Shown here piece after piece: positions 1-11,100 of a stretch of DNA of 64,000 nt (positions within the stretch are counted from its first letter, which is position 1; each line of letters begins with the position of its first letter). The notes under the pieces were generated by a model. That model was not told the origin of the DNA, made no database searches, and was given only the letters and a program-made list of their open reading frames with translations. The DNA comes from Carcharhinus amblyrhynchos (lineage: Eukaryota), in NCBI GenBank assembly GCA_965287045.1, contig OZ336880.1, positions 40,858,001-40,922,000 of the forward strand. The letters run 5' to 3'. Made by a program: the position numbers and the translations under genes.

Positions 1-2
1 CC

Positions 3-2138
3 ATATCCCCTGAACCCATTTGTGAAATAAATGTCAATCTAGCAGAAACAGTTTCTAGGAAAGATGAGGAAGATGAAAATGTTTCCATAGCACGATATCT
101 CCTTACTGCAAGACAGGAAGAAGCACCAATTCATGAAGAGGCAAATAATGAGGCATTTGGGTACGATGAATCTGGGATAACTTCGATGGAGATTGAGGAA
201 GTAACATTCGGTGCTGTTTATGACTATTATAATCAAAATGAAGAGTGGGTACGCTCTCTATCCCCTGAATCCGAAATGTCAATTGAAATTAGCAGTACAA
301 TTAGTGATGATGTAGCAGAGAATGGAAGATTTTATACACCACCCTTGGCTTCTGATAATTTCAAATCTGCTGTGTCTGCAGAGTCATTCCATACCCCACC
401 GCAATCTCCTGGCTATGTGACTCCTCCAGAGAGATTGCCTCCACTTAATGTTGTGGGTAGGTCTCCTTCTGGCGCTTTGCTAGAGAGGTTTTATACACCA
501 CCTGAATATTTCAGATCCCCGATAGATGAGGGTATTGAAACAACACCTCTTGAATATATAAGTCTAGCTGCTGAGGAGCAAAGATCAGAGTTATTTTCAA
601 CTCCTGCACAGGAAGCTGAAGCAAAAGGAAATGAAACACCGCCAGCATTTATCAAACCTCTTGTCAGAAAGAAGATCTATGAAGGAGGCACACTTACATT
701 TATCACTGAGGTAATTGGTTGCCCAGTTCCAAATGTTAAGTGGTACAGAAGGAAATCATTATTGGAACCAGACCATAGAACTAGACTTGAAAGAGAAGGA
801 GGTTTGTGTATATTGGTAATTCATAGCATCCAGAGAGAGGATGAGGGAGAGTACATTTGCAATGCTGTCAACATCATAGGAGAAGCCAAAACTGTTACTC
901 AGGTGGATGTTTTACCGCAAAATGGAAGGTCAATTGCATTGCCACCCCCAGTGACTCATCAACATGTTATAGAATTTGATGTGCAACAAGGCCAAACATC
1001 AAGAACTCCTTCACCTCAGGAAATTCTTCTGGAAGTTGAACTTGATGAACATGAAGTGAAGGAATTTGAAAAACAGATAAAGATTATTACAATTCCGGAA
1101 TTCACCCCTGACAATAAAAACATGATTATCTCCTTGGATGTCCTTCCTATGATGATTGCTGAAGAACAAAACATTGATTTTGTAACAAAAGAAAATGAGG
1201 ATGTGAAAATTAATTTTGAAGTCACTGAAACACCCCCACGATTTATTAGCCATAATTTTGACCTTGAAATTCCAGAAAACGCTGATGCAGTCTTTGAATG
1301 CTCAGTGACAGGTATTCCTACCCCTGAAATAATGTGGTTCAGAGATGATTCACTCATAACTTCAGATGGCAAGAAGTACATCCGAACAGATAATCCTAGT
1401 CACAGTCTCAAAATAACCAATGTTTGTCCTTCTGACAATGGCATATACAGTTGCAAGGCAGTGAATAGTGTTGGAGAAACAACGTGTAGAGGCTACCTTG
1501 CAGTGACAAATTCAAATGTGGCACTTACAAAATCTGGTGCTAGAGCAGTGGTAGTACAATTGGATAGTGCCCAAAAAGGTCCTCAGCAATTAGATGTTGA
1601 TGTTGGTAATTCTTTACTACAAAGCAATCAGAGTTCAGAAATTGAGGTTGAGTTTGATTTTGAGCAAGGCACAGATGATTCTCAGAAATTGTTGAAACTC
1701 ATAGCAGTAACCGAGACCGGAAATGAAGAAAAGGGAGAGAAATGTGTAAACATCAATTTTGATGTATTTGGTGAGCCTGCCAAGGAGGAAACTATTCAGT
1801 TTAAAGCAGAGGCTTCTGAAAACTGTTCATTTGAATTTCAAGTGACAGAAACTCCACCAAAGTTTGAAATAGCCCTCGTAGACTGTACCGCAACTGTCGG
1901 GAGCTCAGCATCTTTTCAATGCCTTGTGACTGGTACTCCAAAACCTAATGTAATGTGGTATATGAATGACAGAATGATTGAAGGTGCTAACTACGTCATT
2001 GAGGAAAAAGAATCTGGACACCATTATTTGAACATTGCAAATGTTGAAGAAAGTGATGCTGGAGTATATAAGTCCAAAGCTGTTAACAAAGCTGGGAGTG
2101 CAATCTCAGGAGCTATTTTAAAAGTACTTAATTTGTAA
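3..2138 (+). CDS. TTN: Novex-3 terminal exon (3' part; human exon 48 equivalent), three Ig domains, stop codon
   Basis: Frame open from position 3 (ISPEPICE...GITSMEIEEVTF). ALPPPVTHQHVIEFD...SRTPSPQEILLEVEL...VKEFEKQIKIITIPEFTPD matches the novex-3 C-terminus as I recall it. TAA at 2136-2138. Confidence 0.92.
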   Translation: MSPEPICEINVNLAETVSRKDEEDENVSIARYLLTARQEEAPIHEEANNEAFGYDESGITSMEIEEVTFGAVYDYYNQNEEWVRSLSPESEMSIEISSTISDDVAENGRFYTPPLASDNFKSAVSAESFHTPPQSPGYVTPPERLPPLNVVGRSPSGALLERFYTPPEYFRSPIDEGIETTPLEYISLAAEEQRSELFSTPAQEAEAKGNETPPAFIKPLVRKKIYEGGTLTFITEVIGCPVPNVKWYRRKSLLEPDHRTRLEREGGLCILVIHSIQREDEGEYICNAVNIIGEAKTVTQVDVLPQNGRSIALPPPVTHQHVIEFDVQQGQTSRTPSPQEILLEVELDEHEVKEFEKQIKIITIPEFTPDNKNMIISLDVLPMMIAEEQNIDFVTKENEDVKINFEVTETPPRFISHNFDLEIPENADAVFECSVTGIPTPEIMWFRDDSLITSDGKKYIRTDNPSHSLKITNVCPSDNGIYSCKAVNSVGETTCRGYLAVTNSNVALTKSGARAVVVQLDSAQKGPQQLDVDVGNSLLQSNQSSEIEVEFDFEQGTDDSQKLLKLIAVTETGNEEKGEKCVNINFDVFGEPAKEETIQFKAEASENCSFEFQVTETPPKFEIALVDCTATVGSSASFQCLVTGTPKPNVMWYMNDRMIEGANYVIEEKESGHHYLNIANVEESDAGVYKSKAVNKAGSAISGAILKVLNL

Positions 2139-5100
2139 AATAGTACTTTTCTTCTGAATATCTTTGAATAATGATGCTTTTTTTTGATTTATGGTGAATT
2201 TATGAATTTGCTAAATACAAACTTAAAAATTTCTTGCTACTAAAAATAATCATATCTTATTTGTAGTTGTTGAAAAGGTGGTTCATTTTTAGAGTTGATT
2301 TATAATAATTGTACCCTGCAATGGTTTATCAGCAGTGGAACTTTAATTTGTGATTTTTAAAATATTAGCTGAAAAGTAACTATTACAAAAATACTCATGG
2401 TTTTAGACTAGAAGTATAAAAAAACCTAGATGAGGTCAAAGGTGTTGAAAAATATTGATAACAAGCTATTCTAGATCAAACAAGATGACTATTAATGGCT
2501 TGGTTGGCATCTTTAAACATGAGATTTTCTGCTCCCCATGGCGCATTTTGCAGTGGCAGAGATGGCCCAGCATTGCCAAACAGCAGGATCTTCCAGTCCC
2601 ACTGCTGTCAACAAGGTTTCCTATTGTCTGCATGCTCCGCCGCTGGGAAACCCACAGTGGAAATCACTGGAAGATCCAGCAGGCGGGAATAGCCAAGAAA
2701 TGCATTGAAGGACTGTCTTGTTGAATTTAGCACTACAGTTTGAAGTAAACCCAATCAATATCCATATGTACATGTACTTATTTGTTTTGCAATTCCTTTG
2801 TAGTATGTCATCACACTGGTTAGCATTGTTGCCTCACAGTGCCAGATACCTGGGTTCAATTCCTGGGTGAGGCGACTATATATGCAGAATCTGTACATTC
2901 TCCCCGTGTCTACATGGGTTTCCTCCAGGTGTTCTGGTTTCCTCTCACGGTCTGAAAAGACACGCTGGTTAGGTAACCAAGCTAAATCCTCCCTTAGCGT
3001 ACCCAAACAGACGCCAGAGTGTGGCAACTAGGGGATTTTCACAATAACATGTAAGCCCACTTGTGACACTAATAAGTAAACTTAAACTTATCATTGGCAA
3101 TGACCTTCCCTGATTTCTTGGGTGACCTACTTTCAAAGACACTATCCAAACTACTTTGAAAATGCTGTAGCGCTGCAGGAAAATTCTGTCATTCTGAATT
3201 CTTTGGCCCAATACTTTGCTTCTGCATGAGGCTGTGACTGACATGTCAATTGAGTTTCACAATTCTCTCATGCAGAGGCCAAGGTGCTAATCTCATCAGA
3301 GGTTTGCATTCAAACACACATCCTTCAGTGATAGGTGCTGCTCTTAATGTGCTTTCTGGAAATATTCACTTCAAAGTGCATGCTTGTGTTTCATTGAAAG
3401 ACTAGTTAAGATATTGAAATCTTATTAAGTGAGCATTTATCCTATTTGATATACAATAGATGAATACTTTTGTTAACATTTAAGATAATTAAAGATGTGA
3501 ACTAAGATGTGATTCATTGTTAATTCTTTGAAGACTATCATTTTCCACAGCAGAAAACATTTCATACAGCATGTTAGGTTGAAAAATTTAACTAAGGAAA
3601 AGAGTATCAGAAGAATGTTTTAAAAATTTTATATTGTAATAGGCAGAAATAAATGTCCAGTCTGACAGTAATGTTGAGTACATTCTGTTTGATATAAATA
3701 GCATTTGACTGAATAACATTCAATCCCTAAAGCAGAGATTAAGTTATGAGGCCACATTACCTGAACAGTTTGAAGTTGTTTCTATCTGGATTCTGCTCTG
3801 TTTCCTGCTGGCACCACTGTAGATTTAGACTTACATGTGGTTTAGAAGGTATTTTAATTTAAAGGCTTGAAATTCATGTTAATGATACTAGAGGAAAATC
3901 ACTAAACATGCTGATTTGACATATGTCTACCCAGCATGTTAAGAGGATCATTAATCCCATTTATTTTAGCTGGTCTAATGCCACAATTAAAATGCCCAGA
4001 GCAATGTCAGATCAACATGTTAAAGATTTATTTGCTAATATTACCAACAGCAATTTCTTGTCCAATATTTTATTATTGGGAAACTAGTAGCTGATAACTT
4101 TAGGCATTGTGGAATTGCCATTTTGTGAAGCTATTTGATACTATGGAGATCAAGCTGAGGGATTGTGATAGGAAGAACTGAAAGTGATACCAATTGTCAT
4201 GTGAAGGATGCGGATGGATATGCTTATGATTATGGACCACAGTTCTTGAACGAATTTATGCACCAGGACAGAGCTACTCCAGCGACATGACAGGATAGTT
4301 TCTGTTGGCTATAATTTAGAGAGATTCTTGAAGCTTTGGTAAGTATGATTTCAATTATGGTTTACCTCTGCTTTTGCTCATTGTTATAATTTCCATTTAG
4401 ATCTCATGTATGCACTACTTTGCAGCTAAGGTAGAGAAGAGCTTGCTTTGTCCCAGCTGTTTTTGGTTATATAGGGCACAAAGTCCATGCGACTCTTTAC
4501 CTAGATTTCTTATCCTGTCAATCAGAAAATATTTGGCAGTCCTAGCTTTCCTTTTTTCTGTCTTTATTGTTTCAGAAATCCCATGTTTAACCACTGTTGT
4601 GCTCTACTCTATAGCAGTTTATTGGAGTACTGGTGTACTATGTCGCCACATTGGCCAGATGTTCAACATTTGGTTTATTCAGTGTTTTACTTGTCATTCT
4701 GTTGTTGCTAACGTTAAGGCCAATGTCTGTTGGGGGTGTGGGGGGTGGGGGGGGGTGCAGAAGAGCTTGAGAGATGGTTCAGAGCTGTAAGTGCAATGTG
4801 TAGGATTAAGAATTCATTTCATGGAGTTGCAAAACTTACTGATTGTGTTACCACATTTGCTTTTGGAGGGAGTAAGCTCTGTGCCCCAATGTATTTTAAT
4901 GTGCCCTAAGAATTATTATCAAATATGTCAGTTGAATCTTTTAAGCAGTTTCCATAATAGTGGAAGTAGAGCAGTCAACATGTATATTCAGTAAACTTAA
5001 AGACTATGACCTTGTCATAATACTGATAATTTCAGTGTTATTGTAAACTTACAATGAGATTGAGTCTTCAATGAGTTTGCAGATAATCACATTGTGTCTA

Positions 5101-8100
5101 TATATGAGTCACATCTTTGAGTATCATTTTAATATTTACTCTTAACTTGTTTTTTTAATGGTAGAATTAAGCTTTTCTATTGTAATCAATGTTTAATATT
5201 TGTGCAAAACATGTAAATTGTTTAGTAGTGAAGGAGGAGCTTTGGTGGTTTGATTTGTACAAACGTCAAAATAAAAAAAATTGTACCTTTCACAACATAA
5301 ACATTAATCAACATTTTAGTCAACATATTTATCAGTTATGTTCTTGCAATGCAACAGTCTAATTGTGAAAGCATGTGTTGTTTACTATCATTTATCTGCC
5401 CCATTTACATGATTTATGATGTGATGAATGAAAAAAGTTAATCTTCCATCTTGGTGAGAAGTTCTTTAATACAGACATCATTCATTCCTTGTACAGGTTT
5501 CTGTTGCTGTATATCATAATTGTTTCACGTGCTCTATGGGTGGTTAGTTGATGATAGTTTGGTTTTGGTATAGTAATAATATGATTGATATGTATGGCAT
5601 ATTTCCTTTCACTTAACCTGTCCTGTCCTGAGACAGCTGCTCATGCTATGATGCAGTTCCACAGGCCCCCTAGTACCTTGCCCATCTGAATGTTTAATGA
5701 TGACCTGTGAATTTTGGTAAATTATTTGAGCGTTGGCCAACTTGGCGAATGTTGTTCTGCACTTAACTGATGGCTACACACACATGGCTGAATACCTTGG
5801 TTCCTGGGTTTTGGTAACAGGAGCAGTGGTATAGCTGGTAAACTAGCAGAAGCAATGTTGAGATGCCTCCCCTTCACTGACCCATTGTGGGACAGGCTTT
5901 CCAATGGTGGGCTGCAAGACAGTTGGCAACCTGCTCCATGGAGGCCAGCAACTAAGTTCCATACACAGGGCTCAATTAAAGGCCATTTTACGGATCCATC
6001 ACCATTTACTAGTGGCAGGTGGGCCCCCATTGAATGGAGAGTCTGCCAATTTCCAGGAGCTGGCCCTTCAGCTTTGCCTGAAGGGGCCTTCAGAGCCAGA
6101 AGTACAAAAGGCAGCCCAAACACCCCTAACAATCCTCTGGAGTAATTTTGTTCTGTAATCGGTGTAGCCAATTGCTGTCATCCCTCCCAAAGTTTAATTT
6201 TACTTACCTCTCTGAGGCTCCTTCACTTTCAATCACCTCAACAGCTATGTCCTGCCTCAGCGGTGCTGTCCTCTCCTGGTGACAAGGCCTAAGTTTCAGA
6301 TCTGTTAGCCTTCTGATTGGGCCAGCAACATCAGGAGCCAGAGTCCATAATTGGATGGTGGGCTCTCAGGTGGCTAATTAGGACAAAAGATGTGCTGGTT
6401 AGGTGCATTGGTGTGCTAAATTCTCCCTCAGTGTATCCAAACAGGTGCAGATATGTGGCAACTAGGGGACTTCCGCAGTGAATTCATTGCAGTGTTAATG
6501 TAAGCCTACTTGTGACACTAATAAATAAACTTAAAGGAAATCAGCTGCAGTAAAATCATTGAGCCAGTCCCTCTGACAGCAAGTATGGGCTCAGGATCTG
6601 CCTTTCACCCTAAAAGCAGGACCCTGAAGCCCACAGTAAAAAATTGGCCCCACATTCAGTTTGGATTGCAGGATAATGATCAGGAAAATAAACATTTTTA
6701 GATTTTGTGTTGCCATAGCCTGGAGATGCTGAAGTCAATTTTAGCATTTCATTGCTCCCTAGTTAAGAGAGGTTCAGCATAAATCAGGTTTTGTGTAGCA
6801 CAGGGCTAGACAAATGTTACACTTGTCTCCTGAACCACTGGACCAGATCCTGGCTTAGTAAATTGTTATCACGTAAACCAATATGGGTTTGACAACATTG
6901 AGTTATCAGATGATTGGCAAGGTTTACACATGAAAACTATTATTTTTCATTCTGAAACTTGGCAGACTATGAAATTATCAAACAGATAGTGTTATTGTTA
7001 AGGTAAAAGTAGGAATGCATTTTTCTCTTAGTTTGCTTGTGGTATGACTTACTGCTCAAATGTGATTTATTTGATTGAAACATTTGTATTTCTGTGATGG
7101 AATAAAATTTATATTAGAAATTACTCAAGCCTTTAGAACATTTCTAGCATGCAAAATAATTTTGTATACTGATAATTAATACCAACATGACTACCTTGTA
7201 ATGGAATTTTGTGAAGTTCCCATGGCAAGATGGTTACTGAGCTAGTTTTTACTCATTTTGATTCAGAAATGGAGAATATTGATGTGACGTAAAATCATTT
7301 TTATCTGTAAATAGTTACTGTGGCTCTTCAGAAGATCTATATTTAATATCTACAAATCTCAAAAAATTTTAAGTTAAATGGTTTGATTTTGACTTGAGAA
7401 ATGAAGGCAAGTTTTTTTTATTTTGCTTGTAAGCTGTTCAAAATAGCTTGAGGCAAAATTTCTCTCCTGCTTTGGACTAATTCTATTCACAATTAATGGA
7501 TCCAATTGTATGTTTTAGTTAAAGATAAATCTTTGAGATGAACTATTACAGAATTTTATCCTTTTGAGGCAATTTGAGTTTAGCATGCTAAGTTATGTGA
7601 TTAATTTTTGTGATTATTTTCAGTTTCCAGTATTAAGAAACATCACTCACCATCAACACGCATTCTAAATTTAAGCATCTTATTTCTTATACAGAATTTT
7701 CTAGCTCTGTTACCGTTGCTGCTGAAGATAAGAGGGAAGATTTCTACAGTAGTGACCTCCATGTGTCAGATAAAACATTTGAACTCAAGCCTGAAACAGC
7801 ACCTCTTTCCAGCATTTCAGACATAGAAGCTAAGCCTTTGAAAGCAATACCAGCATTTGTTAAAAGCATTTCCAGTATAGAGGTAGTTGTGGAAGATGTA
7901 GCTAAATTCACTGTGACAATAACTGGATTCCCCAAACCCTCTATTCAGTGGTTTCATAATAATAAAAAAATCACTCCTTCATCAAATTGCAAATTTATTT
8001 ATGATAGGGATGAATATAGTCTAATTATACCTTATGCAAAATTTACAGATGAGGGAGAATATACTTGCTCAGCTGCCAATGTGCTTGGAACAACTTCATG

Positions 8101-11100
8101 TAGTGCATATCTGAAGATCAAACCAAAAGATGGTATGGGAGGGTTTAGGACATCAGCTTCAAAACCTCCAGTTGCAAAACCGACTGATAAAAAAATAAGC
8201 AAAGAGGCATTCTCAAAGGAAATTGTGTCAATGATTCCAACAGAAACCATACATACCCTTAGAGGTCAGCCACCACATTTTTTCAAAGAACTTAAATCTG
8301 TGCAGTGCCCAGAAGGTCTGCCTGCTAAATTTGACTATGTAGTGAAAGGTGAGCCAGTGCCAGAAGTGCTTTGGTATAAGGAGAACGATCAGATTCACCA
8401 GAGCGTGCAATGCAATCTTAGATCCAATCCTGACGGCTCTGGTTCATTAACTATCAATAATGCACAAAAAGAGGACAGTGGTTTATATTCCTGCAAAGCT
8501 TTTAACTCATTTGGTGAAACAACTTGCACTGCAGAGCTAATTGTATCCAGTGGCACTTCTGCTACTGTTGAACATAAGAAACAGGAAGTAGTTCAAAAGC
8601 ACCATACCAAGTCATACACAAAGACTGTTGGTGATCATGCCACAGAGTCACGTTTATTCATGGTAAAGTTACCTGGTGAGGCTCAGGCTGAATTACAAGA
8701 CAGAGATCAACTGGTGTACACAATAGCTTCTGAAGGTAAACATTCGGTTCACAGTGAGCAGACCGGCACATTGCATGATGTGACTGTTTCTGCTGCAGAA
8801 ACAGCAATTGCAGGAAAGAGACAGATAATAATGCATTCACAAACCACACAAGAAAGCCTGGGTTATATAGAGCAACATTATGAACCAATTAAAAGTCCAC
8901 CAATGTTTGAATTATCAAGCACTGAAGTACAATTAGATTCTACCCTTTGTTTGCCCACAATTGAGGAGAAAACTTTAATTCCAAAGGAAGGCAGTTTTAG
9001 TATCAGAGATTCATCTACTATAGATACTAAGACAAAGACAAAAGAAACAAGCATCTTGTCTGTGGAAAAGGATCTAATTCCCAGCTCCAGGACTGTTGTA
9101 GAGAAAGAAATATCAAAAACAGAGCCAGCATACTCTTTGCACAGCTACAAGGTTGAGGGAGATCAAGGACCACCCAAAGAGGCATTGTTTGGATTTGAAA
9201 TTCCTGCATTACAGAAATGTGAAATACAAAAAGAAAGAAAAATGGAGGTTCATACAGCTGTAGCAATGGAACAGAATAAAATAAAACATGAAATGGCAGA
9301 AGACATACAAATGTTAGATGAAGCAAGAGAAGCAAAACCGTTTAAAGAATTGCCGAAACCATTCTTGATGACTGTCACTGAAAGCCAGAAATCATTAGCG
9401 AAGGAATCTCTGTTCAAAGTACCTAAAGCTGACACACAACAAGCTTCAGTTATGAAAGATAAACTTGTGAAAACTGCTTTAACTGCAGAAGAAAAACAAC
9501 AGCTCACGAGTGAACACACCAAAGCAATATTTGGGTTAGACAGTGCAATCTCATTAACATCAAAAAAAGAAGAAAAGACACCTTTGCATTTACAGATTGT
9601 TAAGGGACAAGACACTCTGCCCAAAGAAACAACATTTACTTTTGAAGTACTGGCAGATGAGAAAGCTGACCTCAGAAGGAGCCCAATATTGCTGCATTCG
9701 TTACTATCAGAAGAACAGCATCTTTTACCTCACGAATACACTACTCCGTTATCTGATGTAAAAGATGCCGTCAGAACTAAACCTATGAAAGAGCGTATGC
9801 CTATTTTATCTCCTCATTATATGGAGACTACATGCATTTTTGATAAAGAAAGGATGCGACCTGATGAGAAACCAGCATCTCATGTTGCAGCACACAAACT
9901 TGAGAAAGCATACAGCTATTCTGCTGTTGTGGAAGAGAAAGCAGAATTGTTAGCTGAACAAACTAAAACACTTGAAAAGGAAGTTCCAAGTGTACAGGCT
10001 GAAGTTAAAAGTGAGCATTCAGCAGAAGAATACCTCCCAGCTGTAACTGTACCAATGCACCTATCAAAAGAGAAATGTTTTACTGTTGAAGAGAAAGAAC
10101 AACGTGCAGTAATAAAGAAGTTGGATGACACAGTTAAACAGTTCGGTACTATAACAGAGATTAAGATCGTGGAAGATGGTTCACTTGCCATTTCTGAAGC
10201 CGTAAGTGCAGCAACCTGTGAAGATAAATATGAATTAAAGCTCCCTTCAGTTTCTGTGCAGGTTAAAGATAAGGCAATGCCTATAGAAAGCATCAAGACT
10301 TTAGAGGCTGCAGAAGAGGACTTTGCAGCAAGAATCCAAGAGGGTCAGTCAGTAAGATTTCCATTGCTGCATGAAGAAAAACAGCTCATTGAAGAGGAAC
10401 ATTCTTCAGGAATCAAGAGATCAGAGCAAACAATTCTGAAGGTGGAGAAACAACCACATGAAACACAATTTGCTCAAGTAATACAAGAAAATAATGCATT
10501 CCATAAAGAAACAGCATTCAAGGCTGAAGTTCCTAAAGCAGTCACCTTAGATGTTAGTACACAGATTAAGAAAGCATTGCAGTCAGCTTTAGCAAGTGAA
10601 CATTGTGTCCTTTCTTCTATTTTACTAGGTAGCATAGAACCAGTGAAGATTAAGGAATTAAAAGTTCAAAAAGAACCTAAATATAATTTATACACATACC
10701 AGATTACTAATATCAATCCTCCCATAGACATAACTCTGTCATTTGAGGGAGAATACCCTCAGAAAGCTGACTTAAGAAAGGAATTAATAGCTGCCTTCCA
10801 TGCCATTACTCATGAACAACAGCAGGCTTTGCTAGCTGAGGAATTGAATATCATTCAGCTGCCAACTGATAGGTTAGAAAAATTGTGCATCAGCATAGCT
10901 CCTGCAAAAGAGATGATCTCACCTGAGGCTGTCAACATTGCTGAAAGCACCTCTGAAGTGGCTAGGTATGGAATGCATATGACTGAACAGAAAATGCAGA
11001 CAGCAGAGAAGACAGTTGTTCAAGAAATGATAGTAACCACTGAATCAGAGGATTTTATTCAGAAGTTTAAATCTGTAGAGACAATTAAAAAAGGGGCAGT

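Noticed and set aside
4104-4338. Exon-like segment (tttag|...g|gtaagt) downstream of the novex-3 stop
   Set aside because: Stops in all three frames and 235 nt is not frame-preserving; at most non-coding, with no support
3648-5275. Candidate novex-3 polyA signals (AATAAA at 3648 and 5270)
   Set aside because: Cannot choose among the hexamers in AT-rich sequence without 3'-end data
5640-6650. GC-richer block with overlapping ORFs 5722-6171, 5855-6145, 5904-6158
   Set aside because: No recognisable domain; probably decayed repeat sequence that I cannot classify
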